Source: Thermomicrobium sp. (GTDB lineage Bacteria; Chloroflexota; Chloroflexia; Thermomicrobiales; Thermomicrobiaceae). Taken from it: a DNA stretch of 53,728 bases. The translations under genes and the position numbers were made by a program. Below are positions 18,857 through 29,529 of this stretch, one piece after another. The stretch's first letter is position 1, and every line of letters starts with the position of its first letter. The notes below the pieces were generated by a model that worked only from the letters and a program-made list of their open reading frames with translations, had not been told where the DNA came from and did no database searches. Location of the stretch: contig DAOTWO010000347.1 in assembly GCA_034435855.1 (NCBI GenBank), positions 1-53,728 of the forward strand, read 5' to 3'.

Positions 18857-19948
18857 GTGCCAGGAGTTCAGACGATTCCGTTGCGAGCGAACACTCGGGC
18901 AGAGAGCACCCCACTTGCACCAGGGATATCGACCAGTGAGGGCACAGCCGCCACGCTATCCGCAGTTGATCCTCGCCGCGAGCGGATCGCCTCCCTCCGC
19001 CGGCTGCTCGTTGAACGGTTTGGGCCGCATGTCCTGCTTGACTGGACACAGCCTTCTTCCTCACACGCAGCGTGCACTGAGTGTGTCCCCACACAGTGCG
19101 TCCGGAATCCGCGTGCTCTGCCGACCGAGCTCTTAGGGCTCGACCTCGCACTTGGTGGCGGAATCCCTCGCGGGCGACTCACCGAACTTGTTGGCCCACC
19201 CTATTCCGGGAAGCGGACACTCGCGAGCTGGCTTGTGCGGACGACACAGCGGATCGGTGGCTGGGCAGCATATCTCGACGCTGCGCATGGTGCCGACTTC
19301 GATCGTCTCCATCGCTGGGGTGTTGACCTGCGCGACCTTCTCCTCGCCTTGCCGCGGACACTGACTGAGGCCTTGGAACTTGCTCGCCTCCTGCTCCTTG
19401 CTGATGCGCTTGATCTTGTGGTGCTCGATCTTCCTCCACACTGGGCAACTCGCTCAGCACTTGAGCGTGGACTTCGGCAGCTTCGCCCGCTCCTCCGCGG
19501 TCGGCCAACCGCGCTCGTCGTGGTCCGCGACCGGGCGAGCGGACCCGGGCTTGCGGCAGCCCAACTCCGCCTGCGTCTCGAGCCACTCGCCCAACTCGTG
19601 CCGCCGAATCCCTTCGGTTCGACCATGCTGCCCAGCGGGCTCCGCGTCCGCATCCATGTGGAGCGGAGTCATCGTTGGCCGTTGTGCGAGCCGCCCGTCC
19701 CGGTCGAGTTCAGCGAGCGCGAGGGAGTCCGCCTTGCTCTTGAGCGGATCGATCTTGCGCTCGTCGGGGGGATCATCGTCCAGCACCCGCTCGGCTTGAC
19801 CTTCGCGAATACCGTGCTCGGCCGGAGCCGCGAGGCAGCAGCGGCACGACTCACCAGTGATCCTGCGCTTTGGTCACAACTTGAGGAGGAGCTCCGTGCG
19901 CGTTGGCTATCTCTGGCTCGACCGCTTACCAAGCGTCTCGCTTGCTGA
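18857..19948 (+). CDS. RecA-like / ImuA-type protein of the mutagenesis cassette
   Basis: LDLALGGGIPRGRLTELVGPPYSGKRT (RecA-like with altered Walker A), AYLDAAH and DLVVLD; GTG after AAAGGAGG; first gene of the cassette. Confidence 0.85.
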   Translation: MPGVQTIPLRANTRAESTPLAPGISTSEGTAATLSAVDPRRERIASLRRLLVERFGPHVLLDWTQPSSSHAACTECVPTQCVRNPRALPTELLGLDLALGGGIPRGRLTELVGPPYSGKRTLASWLVRTTQRIGGWAAYLDAAHGADFDRLHRWGVDLRDLLLALPRTLTEALELARLLLLADALDLVVLDLPPHWATRSALERGLRQLRPLLRGRPTALVVVRDRASGPGLAAAQLRLRLEPLAQLVPPNPFGSTMLPSGLRVRIHVERSHRWPLCEPPVPVEFSEREGVRLALERIDLALVGGIIVQHPLGLTFANTVLGRSREAAAARLTSDPALWSQLEEELRARWLSLARPLTKRLAC

Positions 19949-21125
19949 GGTGCTCACTCCACTTACTCCGGCTGTCCAGTTGGACGAGGAGCGAACCGGT
20001 GTTTGGTTCGAGGCAAGTGGTGTCCGACTCCTCTACGGTGACGAGCAGCGTTATGGCCAAGCAGTGCTTGCTGCACTCGCGGCAGCTGGTGGGGCTGGCC
20101 GACTTGGCATCGCAGCGACGCCGTGGATTGCGCGCGTCGCAGCACGGCTCGCGGCGACGGGAGAGGTCACGGTTGTCCCGATCGGCGAAGCACGCGCTTT
20201 CCTTCGCCCGCTTCCACTCGAGTGGCTGCCGCTCCCGCGCCAGGTGTTGGCGCGACTCCGTGCGCTCGGTGTTTCGACAATTGGTCAGTTCGCTGACTTG
20301 CCACCAGGAAGTATTCAACGACGCTTTGGTACAGAAGCGCTCACTGCCCATCGGATTGCACGGGGTGACGACCCGATACCGTTCCGTGGCCAAGTGCCAG
20401 TCGAGCCGCTCCGCTTTGAGCGGACGCTCGAGCCGCCAGCTGTGACGAGTGATGCGCTCGCACTCACGCTCCATGCATTAGCAGCGCAGGCAATGGAGGC
20501 GCTCAATCGGCTCGGTCACGTCGCCTGGCGCCTGCAACTCGAACTTGTCGCCGAGGATGGGCGGAGTACGTCGTGTCGTCGACATTTCCCATATCCGCTG
20601 CGGACAGCAGAGGAACTCGCCGAGAGTGCTCGTGCCCTTGCCCTACGCTGCGTGCTTCCCGGGGCCGTGACGCTGCTCCGACTCGTCATCGACGCGCATG
20701 GCACTGTCACAGCGCACCAGCCGGGTTTGCTTGTCGAGGCTCCGAGTCGGCGCAAGGAGCGTGAGCGGGTCTTCACCCTCGCCCAGCGCCTGGTGCCGGG
20801 ACACGTCGTGCGGGTCGTTGAGCATTGCCCAGTTGCCCCGCTCCCCGAACAGCGCTGGCGTCTGGAGGGGCTTGCGAACGAGGAGGCGCATCCTGCTCGT
20901 GGCGAGCCAGTGCGGTTGATTCGGCGCGCACAAAACTGGTGGCTGGACGTTGCTGGGCAACGCCTGCGTGTCGTGCGGAGTGGTCCCTGGGAACGGATCG
21001 ATCTCTGGTGGCCAGAGAGACAGCATCGCCGAACAGGATGGGTGGAGCTTGCAGACGGTCAGCGACTCCTCCTGAGCTGGGATGCACGCGACAACCAGTG
21101 GCGACTGGTCAGCCGCCTTGACTGA
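19896..21125 (+). CDS. imuB: ImuB-like inactive Y-family DNA polymerase
   Basis: Y-family scaffold (LGIAATPWIARVAA, FLRPLPLEWL, LGVSTIGQFADL) without intact catalytic acids; C-terminal GPWERIDLWW. Confidence 0.82.
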   Translation: MRVGYLWLDRLPSVSLAEVLTPLTPAVQLDEERTGVWFEASGVRLLYGDEQRYGQAVLAALAAAGGAGRLGIAATPWIARVAARLAATGEVTVVPIGEARAFLRPLPLEWLPLPRQVLARLRALGVSTIGQFADLPPGSIQRRFGTEALTAHRIARGDDPIPFRGQVPVEPLRFERTLEPPAVTSDALALTLHALAAQAMEALNRLGHVAWRLQLELVAEDGRSTSCRRHFPYPLRTAEELAESARALALRCVLPGAVTLLRLVIDAHGTVTAHQPGLLVEAPSRRKERERVFTLAQRLVPGHVVRVVEHCPVAPLPEQRWRLEGLANEEAHPARGEPVRLIRRAQNWWLDVAGQRLRVVRSGPWERIDLWWPERQHRRTGWVELADGQRLLLSWDARDNQWRLVSRLD

Positions 21126-21139
21126 GGAGAAGGGAGGCC

Positions 21140-24100
21140 ATGACTGCACCGTACGCCGAACTCCACGCACACTCCTGTTTCTCACTCCTCGATGCGCCGT
21201 GCCAACCCGAGCAGCTCATCGAGCGAGCTGCCGCGCTGGGCTACCAGCATCTCGCACTCACCGACCACGATGCGCTGCACGGTGTCGTTCGCTTTGTCCG
21301 TGCTGCAGAGCGTGCAGGGATTCATCCTGTTGTTGGGGCTGAGGTGACCATGGAGGACGGGAGTCATCTCACACTCCTGGCTGAGAATGACCGCGGTTAC
21401 GCGACGCTGGCGCGCCTCCTCTCGGCGGCTCGCCTTGGATGGTCGACCCCTGATGGCCCTGAATCGACCGGCACGCAGCTCGCTCTCGAAGGTTCACCGG
21501 GACGACGCGCGGTTGCACTCCCCTGGGAGTGGCTTGCAGAGTGGCACGATGGACTCATCATCCTCACTGGCTGCCGAGAAGGGCCGATTGCGCGCGCGCT
21601 TGCCCGTGACGGACGAGCCGCAGCCTGGGCCTGGACTACCCGTCTGGCCCGCCTCTTTGGCCCAGAGCGCTGCTTTGTGGAGCTCGAGGACCACGGTGAG
21701 CGTGGCGATCGCCAGCGGGTGAGCGAGCTGGTCAATCTGGCCGAAGCCACCGGTCTCTCAGTCGTCGTGACCGGCAATGTCCACTATCTCGATGAGCAGA
21801 GCTGGCGTCTGCAAGACGTGCTTGTCTGCATTCGGGAGGGTATTACCGTCGATACCCCACACCCAACCCGCAAGACCTCGTCGGCCTATCGACTCGTCGC
21901 ACCAGCGACGATGGCTCGCCGGTTTCACCACCTGCCGGAGGCTCTGGTCAACACGGTGCGCCTCGCTGAGCGCTGCCAGGTCTCGCTCGATTTCCGTCAG
22001 GTCCGCTTCCCACCACTCCCCCATCTCGTTCCGCCTGGCGAGACACCGATGCAGGTCTTACGTCGTCAGGCCTACGAGGGAGCACAACGCCGCTACGGCA
22101 CGCTCTCCGAGCCGGTCGTGCGGCAGCTTGAACACGAACTTGGCGTCATTGAGCGGCTCGGCGTCGCTGAGTTCTTCTTGATCTGCGCCGATCTCGCCAA
22201 TCGCTTCCGCGGACGCGGGCGTGGCTCAGCAGCTGACTCGCTCGTCGCCTACTGCTTGGGGATTACGCAGGTCGATCCGCTTGCCCATCGCCTGCTCTTC
22301 GAGCGCTTCCTCAACGAAGAGCGACCCTCAATGCCGGACATCGATATCGACTTTGGTCTCGAAGACCGCGAGCGAGCCATTGCCTACGTCTATGCCACCT
22401 ATGGCGTCGAGCATGCTGCCATGGTTTGCAATTATGTCACATTCCAGGCCCGTAGCGCAATTCGTGACCTCGGGCGCGTTCTTGCATTGCCACCAGAGCT
22501 GGTCGACGAGCTCGCCAAGAGCCAGGGACGCCTCGGCGAGCCGCTCGCAGCAGTTGCGCGCACGCTCATGCCACGTCTCAATGAGGAAGAACAACGCCGG
22601 CTCAAGTGGCTCGTGCGTCTGGCCCCAGCGTTGGAAGACATTCCGCGTCATCTTTCTGTCCATGTCGGTGGCATGGTCATCACCGGCCGACCGGTTGTGG
22701 AGCTGACCACCGTCGAGCCCTCGCGGATGCCGGGACGGATTGTCCTTGGTTGGGACAAACGGGATATTGAGGAGGCGGGACTGATCAAAACCGATCTGCT
22801 CTGCGTGCGTGCCATCTCGGTTGTTCACGAGGCGGTTGAACTGATTGAGCGGGTGAGCGGCATCCAGATCGATCTGGAACAGCTACCGCTCGACGATCCA
22901 GCTGTCTACCGGCTGTTGCAAGAGGCAGACACAATCGGGACGTATCAGGTCGAGAGTCGCGCACAACAGCAGAGCTTGCCGCGCACACGCCCCGAACGAT
23001 TCGAGGATCTGATCGCCCAGGTGGCGATCATTCGGCCCGGCCCAATCCAGGGTGGCATGGTGCATCCCTATATTCGCCGCCGCCAAGGGCTTGAGCCGGT
23101 CCGGTATCTCCATCCTAAACTCGAGCCAATCCTGCGCGAGACGCTCGGTGTCATCCTCTACCAGGAGCAAGTCTTGGAAGTTGCCATGGTCATCGCCGGG
23201 ATGACAGCTGGTCAGGCTGACGCCTTCCGGCGTGCGATGGGGAGCAAGCGCTCACGTGCAGCGATGGAGGCGTTACGCGGTGACTTCCTCGCTGGAGCCG
23301 AACGCAACGGGGTTCCGCGGTCGGTTGCCGAGCGCATCTTCGCTCAGATGGCGGCATTTGCCGAGTTTGGCTTCTGCAAAAGCCATGCTGCAGCGCTGGC
23401 TCGCACAGCCTACGAAACGCTGTGGCTCCGCGCACATTACCCGGCTGCTCTTCTCTGCGCTCTCTTGAACAACCAGCCGATGGGCTTCTACGCGCCGGAA
23501 GTACTCGTCTGGGATGCACTGCGTCGCGGTATCCGCGTTCTGCCACCGGACGTCGTACGGAGCGAAGTGCGAGCAACGCTTGCCGGTGATCCAGTGCACG
23601 GCCCGGTACGGCTCGGTCTTGCTAGCATCCGTGCCATTGGGCGAACCACAGCGGAACGCATTGTCTCGGAGCGGGCGAGACAGCCGTTCCGGGACCCAGC
23701 TGACGTCGTCCGGCGGGCTGCGCTCACTGCAGAGCAGGTCGAGGCCCTGGTTCTCGTCGGTGCTTTTGCGTCGCTCGCCCCTGGACGAGGCCGTCGCGAG
23801 CTCCTGTGGGAGCTGCTCGCCGTGGTAGCGGAGCAGACGACACAGCCGTGTCTTCTGACGGCACTCGAACCGTCAGTCTCGTTCGTCGAACCGGATGCCG
23901 TCGAGCAGACGTTTCTCGACTATGCTATTCTCGGCTTTTGCCTCGATCGTCACCTGATGGAGCTCTACGCACGCCAGCGGCAGCTTCTGCGTGTCGTTCC
24001 AGTTGTACGGCTGCGGACATTGCCACACGGTACAACGGCTCGTGTCGCTGGACTCGTCGTGTGCCGGCAGGCGCCACCAACAGCGCGCGGTGTCCTTTTC

Positions 24101-24325
24101 CTGACCCTCGAGGATGAGACTGGACTTATCAACGTGATCGTCCCGCCGCCGGTACGCGAGCAGTACCGAGCGCTCCTGCGCCGCCAACCGGTACTGGTGA
24201 TCGACGGACGAGTTGAGCGCGAGGGATCACTGGCCAGTCTGGTCGCTGAGGAGGTGCGTCCGCTCGGACGAGCAATGCTCCCGCTCTCGAGCCGCGTTGG
24301 TACGCTCTCGCACGACTTCCGGTGA
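21140..24325 (+). CDS. dnaE2: Error-prone DNA polymerase DnaE2 (ImuC)
   Basis: YAELHAHSCFSLLD PHP domain, GRGSAADS, PDIDIDF, FGFCKSHA, OB fold (FLTLEDETG) and terminal SHDFR motif. Confidence 0.95.
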   Translation: MTAPYAELHAHSCFSLLDAPCQPEQLIERAAALGYQHLALTDHDALHGVVRFVRAAERAGIHPVVGAEVTMEDGSHLTLLAENDRGYATLARLLSAARLGWSTPDGPESTGTQLALEGSPGRRAVALPWEWLAEWHDGLIILTGCREGPIARALARDGRAAAWAWTTRLARLFGPERCFVELEDHGERGDRQRVSELVNLAEATGLSVVVTGNVHYLDEQSWRLQDVLVCIREGITVDTPHPTRKTSSAYRLVAPATMARRFHHLPEALVNTVRLAERCQVSLDFRQVRFPPLPHLVPPGETPMQVLRRQAYEGAQRRYGTLSEPVVRQLEHELGVIERLGVAEFFLICADLANRFRGRGRGSAADSLVAYCLGITQVDPLAHRLLFERFLNEERPSMPDIDIDFGLEDRERAIAYVYATYGVEHAAMVCNYVTFQARSAIRDLGRVLALPPELVDELAKSQGRLGEPLAAVARTLMPRLNEEEQRRLKWLVRLAPALEDIPRHLSVHVGGMVITGRPVVELTTVEPSRMPGRIVLGWDKRDIEEAGLIKTDLLCVRAISVVHEAVELIERVSGIQIDLEQLPLDDPAVYRLLQEADTIGTYQVESRAQQQSLPRTRPERFEDLIAQVAIIRPGPIQGGMVHPYIRRRQGLEPVRYLHPKLEPILRETLGVILYQEQVLEVAMVIAGMTAGQADAFRRAMGSKRSRAAMEALRGDFLAGAERNGVPRSVAERIFAQMAAFAEFGFCKSHAAALARTAYETLWLRAHYPAALLCALLNNQPMGFYAPEVLVWDALRRGIRVLPPDVVRSEVRATLAGDPVHGPVRLGLASIRAIGRTTAERIVSERARQPFRDPADVVRRAALTAEQVEALVLVGAFASLAPGRGRRELLWELLAVVAEQTTQPCLLTALEPSVSFVEPDAVEQTFLDYAILGFCLDRHLMELYARQRQLLRVVPVVRLRTLPHGTTARVAGLVVCRQAPPTARGVLFLTLEDETGLINVIVPPPVREQYRALLRRQPVLVIDGRVEREGSLASLVAEEVRPLGRAMLPLSSRVGTLSHDFR

Positions 24326-25078
24326 GACTACGCGAGTTGCGCCAAGTTTGTTCCCCTCGTTGGCCAAGATCCAAAGCATGACGGCCAGGTGTTGTCGCTC
24401 GGTGGTGTCCAGTTCGTCCCACACCGCCAGGCGCTCGCGAACATGCTCGACAGTCGGATGCTGAGCACGGGTTCGCCCACCAAGAAAGTAGGTGGCCAAG
24501 CTACTCGTCACCATCCCAATGATGCCGATCCCCACGAGCATCAGGACGGCTGCGACCATGCGCCCGGCAACTGTCTGCGGCGCGATGTCACCGTATCCGA
24601 CGGTCGTCACGGTGACCACTGCCCACCAGAGTGCCTCACCGTAACTGCCTACACCTGGCTCAACAAAACGGAAGATCGCACTTCCAAGGAGTACGATACC
24701 ACTCGCGACCGCAAGCACATAGCCAAGCCCATTCTGACGTGCCACGGCCTGGAGTTCACGGCTGGCTCGCCAGAACCAGACGCCAGCACGGAGAACGCGC
24801 AGAAGCCGGACAAGGCGGAGCACGCGTGCTGCCCGGAAAATATCCCACGGGAGAATGGCGACCAGCTCGATCACATGTTCGCGGATGAAGCGACGGCGAT
24901 CGGATGCTCGCGTCAACCGAACCGCGTAGTCTGCAACGAAGATGATCCAGATTCCATAGCTCACCAGCTCTCCTTCGGGTGACGGCGGCAACGTGAGGAG
25001 CCAGACGGCAAGGACGGCGAGTGCTCCCATCGCTGCCTCGTAGAGCCACGCGCTCCTTTGGCGTTGAGATGGTCCCAT
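24227..25078 (-). CDS. Voltage-gated potassium channel family protein
   Basis: S4-like RAARVLRLVRLLRVLR; WWAVVTVTTVGYGD selectivity filter. Confidence 0.92.
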   Translation of the reverse strand: MGPSQRQRSAWLYEAAMGALAVLAVWLLTLPPSPEGELVSYGIWIIFVADYAVRLTRASDRRRFIREHVIELVAILPWDIFRAARVLRLVRLLRVLRAGVWFWRASRELQAVARQNGLGYVLAVASGIVLLGSAIFRFVEPGVGSYGEALWWAVVTVTTVGYGDIAPQTVAGRMVAAVLMLVGIGIIGMVTSSLATYFLGGRTRAQHPTVEHVRERLAVWDELDTTERQHLAVMLWILANEGNKLGATRVVSPEVVRERTNAAREREHCSSERTHLLSDQTGQ

Positions 25079-25416
25079 TGATCCCCCCGCCTTATGCTTG
25101 CTTCGATACCATGAGTATCGCCGAATGGTCATGGTCTGACGAGTACACTGCCCTTGAGCAGCCTCTTGCCCTCGCATCCGCCCTGTCTCTGCCATGCTGG
25201 CACCCAATGCTCACTTCTTAGACCGACCTTCAGGAAGAAGGGACTGGACATCACCTGGCGATCAGACAATCGCCATGCAGCCAACCGGCACGTTTGCGGG
25301 GCTCGCTGCACGGTCGCGAGTCAGTCTTTGTGGACAGTTCGGCAGCGACAGCAACCAGCACACTCTTGTTTTCTTCATGAGGATATGAGATAATCCGACC
25401 AGAAAGGACGCGGGGT

Positions 25417-25890
25417 ATGCTCTCGCAGACGAGCCGCTATGCCTTGACCGCTGCCATCGCCCTCGCTCAGCGTCCGGATCGCTGGGTACGGGCACAGGAT
25501 CTCGCCCTCGAAACCGGTATTCCCGCCAACTACCTTACAAAGATCCTCCACACCATGGCGCGGGCGCGTCTTCTCCGGTCCCAGCGTGGCCGTCAGGGTG
25601 GCTTCCGCCTTGCTCGTCGGCCCGAAACAATTTCCCTACTGGAGGTCGTCTCGCTGTTCGAGGAGCCTCACTTTCTGAGCTACTGTCTCCTCGGTACTGG
25701 GAGTTGCCCGGCAGATCGGCCCTGTCTGGCTCATCAGCGTTGGCTCGCGGCAGTTGAGGCAATCTCTCGGTTCCTCGACGGTACCACTCTGGCCGACATT
25801 GCCATCACGCCCGATGGGAGCCCAGTCGGTCCGCTCACCGTTCAGTGGCCAGAAAGTGCATCGCGAACGGCTGTCGGTTTTGAGGAATAG
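25417..25890 (+). CDS. Rrf2 family transcriptional regulator
   Basis: MLSQTSRYAL, IPANYLTKIL, SQRGRQGGFRLAR and C-x5-C-x5-C-x2-H cluster ligands. Confidence 0.93.
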   Translation: MLSQTSRYALTAAIALAQRPDRWVRAQDLALETGIPANYLTKILHTMARARLLRSQRGRQGGFRLARRPETISLLEVVSLFEEPHFLSYCLLGTGSCPADRPCLAHQRWLAAVEAISRFLDGTTLADIAITPDGSPVGPLTVQWPESASRTAVGFEE

Positions 25891-25899
25891 GAGGAATCT

Positions 25900-26539
25900 A
25901 TGAGCCTGACCGCTGAGGAGATTCGGCAGCATCATCGGGCACTCTACGAGCATCTCGTTGCGCTCGTGCCTGAAGACGACACGGTACCTAATCCTGAAGG
26001 CCTGGTGCGCTTCCTTCGTGAGGAACTGCTGCCGCATGCCCAGGAAGAGGAACAGGAGCTCTATGACCGGATCGAGTCCCTCATCCCGCCCGGGGAAGCG
26101 ACCCGGACCATGCGCCTCGACCACGAGGCAATTGCGTGGTACACCGAAGAACTCGCTCGGCTTACTGCGACACTCGCGTCTGGCCCTATGGACGAGCGTG
26201 CACAGTATGCCCGGCAATTTGTACGTCGGGCTCACGAACTTGCAGCGATCGTCCGTCTGCATCTCGAAAAGGAAGAACAGGCGTACTTGCCGCTTTACGA
26301 CCGGCTTACCCAGGAACGTGTACTCGATGTTCGCACAGTTCCACCCCCCACAGCGTCATCCCCTGATCTTCCAAACCTTTGAGTCTCTTGCTCCTGGTGA
26401 AGCCTTTCTCTTGGTCAACGACCACGATCCAAAGCCTCTGTATTACCAGTTCCAGGCCGAACGCGCTGGTACCTTCAGCTGGGACTATGTGGAACGCGGT
26501 CCTGAGGTCTGGCGGGTCCGCATCGGCAAGGTCGCCTAG
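25900..26539 (+). pseudogene. Hemerythrin-like + DUF2249 fusion protein, frameshifted near 26344-26349
   Basis: HH / HAQEEE / H / HLEKEE hemerythrin pattern; DUF2249 begins LDVRTVPPP and continues in another frame as QRHPLIFQTF...NDHDPKPLYYQF...GPEVWRVRI; one extra C in a C6 run. Confidence 0.85.
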
Positions 26540-26561
26540 GCCTCGCATCAGGAGGTGAGCC

Positions 26562-27783
26562 ATGATCGCGGGCACGTCGCAGCGCCTTCCGCAGTGGGTT
26601 CCACGACTCGCCCTCGCTGTCGGCGCGCTGCTCGCAGCACTTGGTGTGCTCACCGGTCTTACTCGCATGGGATGGAATATCCCCCTTCCGCACCGCGCGC
26701 GGCTCACCGTCGAACATGGCCCGCTCTTGGTTGGTGGTCGGCTTTTTTGTCACGCTGATCGGCTTAGAGCGGGCCGTCGCGGTGGGCCGACGCTTCATGC
26801 TCCTTGGGCCAGTGGCGGCTCTCGCAAGTACGGTTGGTCTCGTGCTCGCTGCGCCGCCACTGGCCGTCGATAGTCTGCTCTTGCTTGCCTACCTGGGCTT
26901 TGCGGCTACTTTCGGCTATCTCCTGTGGGTGGCGCGCACGGCGCATCACACCGTAATGTTCGCTGGCGCACTCGCCTGGCTCGCCAGTGGCTTGCTTTGG
27001 ATCATGGGATTCTCCTTACCAACCATAGTCCCGTGGTGGATCACTGGCTTTGTTCTCATCATCACCGGCGAACGACTCGAACTGGCACGTGCCCTTCGAC
27101 CCGATCGCCCCACCCGCATCTGGTTCTTTACGGCGATAACGCTGTTGCTGGTTGCGACTGGCATTGAACTTGCGTTCCCAGAAGTTGGGGCTCGACTTCG
27201 TGGGTTCGCGCTTCTGCTTCTCGCTGCCTGGCTCCTGCGTTGCGATGTCGCACGGCGTGGACTGCGCCAACATGGAGTTCTTTGCTACAGCGCTGTCTGT
27301 CTCCTGCACGGGTATGCCTGGCTCGCCGTCGGAGGTTTGCTCGCGCTCGCTTACGGGCACCAGCAAAGCGGCTTCCTCTACGATGCCGAGATCCATGCGG
27401 TCTTGCTCGGCTTCGTCTTCTCGCAGGTTTTCGCCCACGCACCAATCATCCTCCCTGCCGTCGCGGGTCTGCGTCTGGCGTTCCGCTGGTTCGCCTATGG
27501 GGCCCCGCTTGCTCTCGGCCTCTCGCTCACGGTACGGCTCGCAGGCGATCTGCTCGCTCATTGGGAGCTTCGTCGACTCGGTGGACTCGGAAATGCGCTG
27601 AGTCTCGCCCTCTTCGCCGTTACAACGGTTCTCGCTGCCCTCCTCGCGCAGCGGGGCGTCTCCCCGGATCGCTCAATCTCCGCTAGACTGGCCCTGCAGG
27701 CGGCCGGAGCGGGTGGCGAACAAGGGGGGAATGACGATGCGCGTCTGTCTCGGCGACCGGTTATGGACGAACGATGGTCATGA
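26562..27783 (+). pseudogene. Multi-pass membrane protein (NnrS-like/NO-stress associated, tentative), frameshifted by a TTGG duplication at 26727-26734
   Basis: Removing one TTGG restores HGPLLVVGFFVTLIGLERAVA; later GERLELAR and YDAEIHAVLLGFVFSQVFAHAPIILPAV; AGGAGG RBS before ATG 26562. Confidence 0.75.
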
Positions 27784-28381
27784 GGCAGGAACGGTCGAGT
27801 GGATGCTACTGGATCCGACGTCGCACCGCGTCAATGCCGTGGTCATTCGGCGAGCATTGATCCTTCGACACAGTCTTGTTGCTCCACTGGGAGAACTTCA
27901 GGTCGTCAAGACAGCGGAGCATGAAGAGCGGCTTATTGTCCGTCGCTCGCGTGCTGATCTGGAGACACTGCCAGAGTTCTACCGCGAACTCTTCACTGGC
28001 GAATTGGTGTGGCAACTGACCGGTGAACGAGCAACTCCCTTCTTCATTCCCGGTTGGTTACCACCAGCTTCTCTGCAGGAATCGCCGCCGTCGACAGAAG
28101 TGATTGAACTCGGCGAACTGGTGCGAGCGATCGACCAGGCGAATGCGGTGTTGCATCGTGGTGCGGCCATTGTGACCGCCGAGGGGGAGCGGGTCGGCCA
28201 CCTCCAGGAGCTCTGTGCGTCGCTGCCAGACGGTCAGGTCGTCCATGTTACGGCCCGACATGGCCTTCCTCCGCATGAGATGGAAATCCCGGCTGAGGCC
28301 ATAAGCGGGGCAGACGACGGTATGCTCTTTCTCCGTTGGTGGCGCCAGGACTTCGAGCAGGCAGTTCGCTCTGCCCGATAA
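27731..28381 (+). CDS. PRC-barrel domain protein (two repeats)
   Basis: GDRLWTNDGHEAGTVEWMLLDP and GAAIVTAEGERVGHLQEL repeats. Confidence 0.7.
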   Translation: MTMRVCLGDRLWTNDGHEAGTVEWMLLDPTSHRVNAVVIRRALILRHSLVAPLGELQVVKTAEHEERLIVRRSRADLETLPEFYRELFTGELVWQLTGERATPFFIPGWLPPASLQESPPSTEVIELGELVRAIDQANAVLHRGAAIVTAEGERVGHLQELCASLPDGQVVHVTARHGLPPHEMEIPAEAISGADDGMLFLRWWRQDFEQAVRSAR

Positions 28382-28424
28382 CCGCCATGGAAGCAATCCT
28401 GCCTGAGGAGGGAGGCTACACTGC

Positions 28425-29387
28425 ATGAGCTCTCAGGATGTTCGCGGGATCGTCGTCGGAAGCCGCAACGCCGCAGTTGGGTTTCCGGCCGCGATCCGGA
28501 TCCTTCGTGCTGGTGGTTCTGCTGTCGATGCCGCAATCGCCGCGGTGAAAGCGGTTGAGGATGATGTTCGTGATCAGGGTGTAGGAACCGGTGGCATTCC
28601 AAATCTGCTCGGTGAAGTTGAGCTGGATGCCAGCATCATGGACGGACGAACATTGGCCGCCGGCGCCGTCGGCGCAGTCAAGCACTATCCGCATCCGATC
28701 GAGATCGCACGGCGTGTCATGGAGTGCACGCCGCACGTCCTTTTGGTCGGGGATGGTGCCGAACTCTTCGCTCGCACCCATGGGTTTGAAGTGGCCAATC
28801 TGCTCACCCCCGAGGCCGAGGCAGTCTGGCAGGCCGTCATCCACGGCGAACGTGCCCCGGAACAGAACGTGTACGAGGATCGATACCAGCTCTACATGTC
28901 GGTCGTCCGTCGCTGGACGGAGCTCCTCCACCGGGACCTGTTCGGTACAACCAATGTCATTGTGCGGGATCTTGATGGGAATATCGCCTGTGCGGTCTCT
29001 ACAAGCGGCTGGGGGTTCAAGTGGCCTGGGCGGCTCGGTGACTCCCCGATCATCGGGGCAGGGAACTATGCCGACAACCGCTACGGTGCCGCTGCCTGTA
29101 CCGGCCGTGGCGAAATGGCAATCCGCTGTGCGACAGCTCATAGCGTCGTGATGTACCTCCGCTTCGGACTGCCCCTTGAGGATGCACTTCGACAAGCCAT
29201 GCTGGATCTCCGACACCTTGAAGATCCATATGCTGAGGCCGAGACAGTCATGAATATTGTCGCTATGGATCGCAATGGCAACGTTGCAGCTGCTTCAACC
29301 TCGCCTCATGCCACGTACATTGTGCAGACTCTCGATATGGAGACCTACGAGGAGCGGCCCCGTCTGTATGTCCCCCTCCGTGAGTGA
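28425..29387 (+). CDS. Isoaspartyl peptidase / plant-type asparaginase / glycosylasparaginase family Ntn hydrolase
   Basis: ELDASIMDG, G-T cleavage site, STSG, GRLGDSPIIGAG and TGRGE. Confidence 0.92.
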   Translation: MSSQDVRGIVVGSRNAAVGFPAAIRILRAGGSAVDAAIAAVKAVEDDVRDQGVGTGGIPNLLGEVELDASIMDGRTLAAGAVGAVKHYPHPIEIARRVMECTPHVLLVGDGAELFARTHGFEVANLLTPEAEAVWQAVIHGERAPEQNVYEDRYQLYMSVVRRWTELLHRDLFGTTNVIVRDLDGNIACAVSTSGWGFKWPGRLGDSPIIGAGNYADNRYGAAACTGRGEMAIRCATAHSVVMYLRFGLPLEDALRQAMLDLRHLEDPYAEAETVMNIVAMDRNGNVAAASTSPHATYIVQTLDMETYEERPRLYVPLRE

Positions 29388-29529
29388 GCATGTTTCGAGC
29401 CTTCTCTAGCCATCCGTTGGTGAGTGCTGGGTTATCACATTGCCCCCTGCTGTGAGTACTGTTGCCAAAGGCAAGGGTAATGGACCTGATGCCGTAGGCG
29501 AGTCGATGATTCGCGAAAAGGGGGACAAT

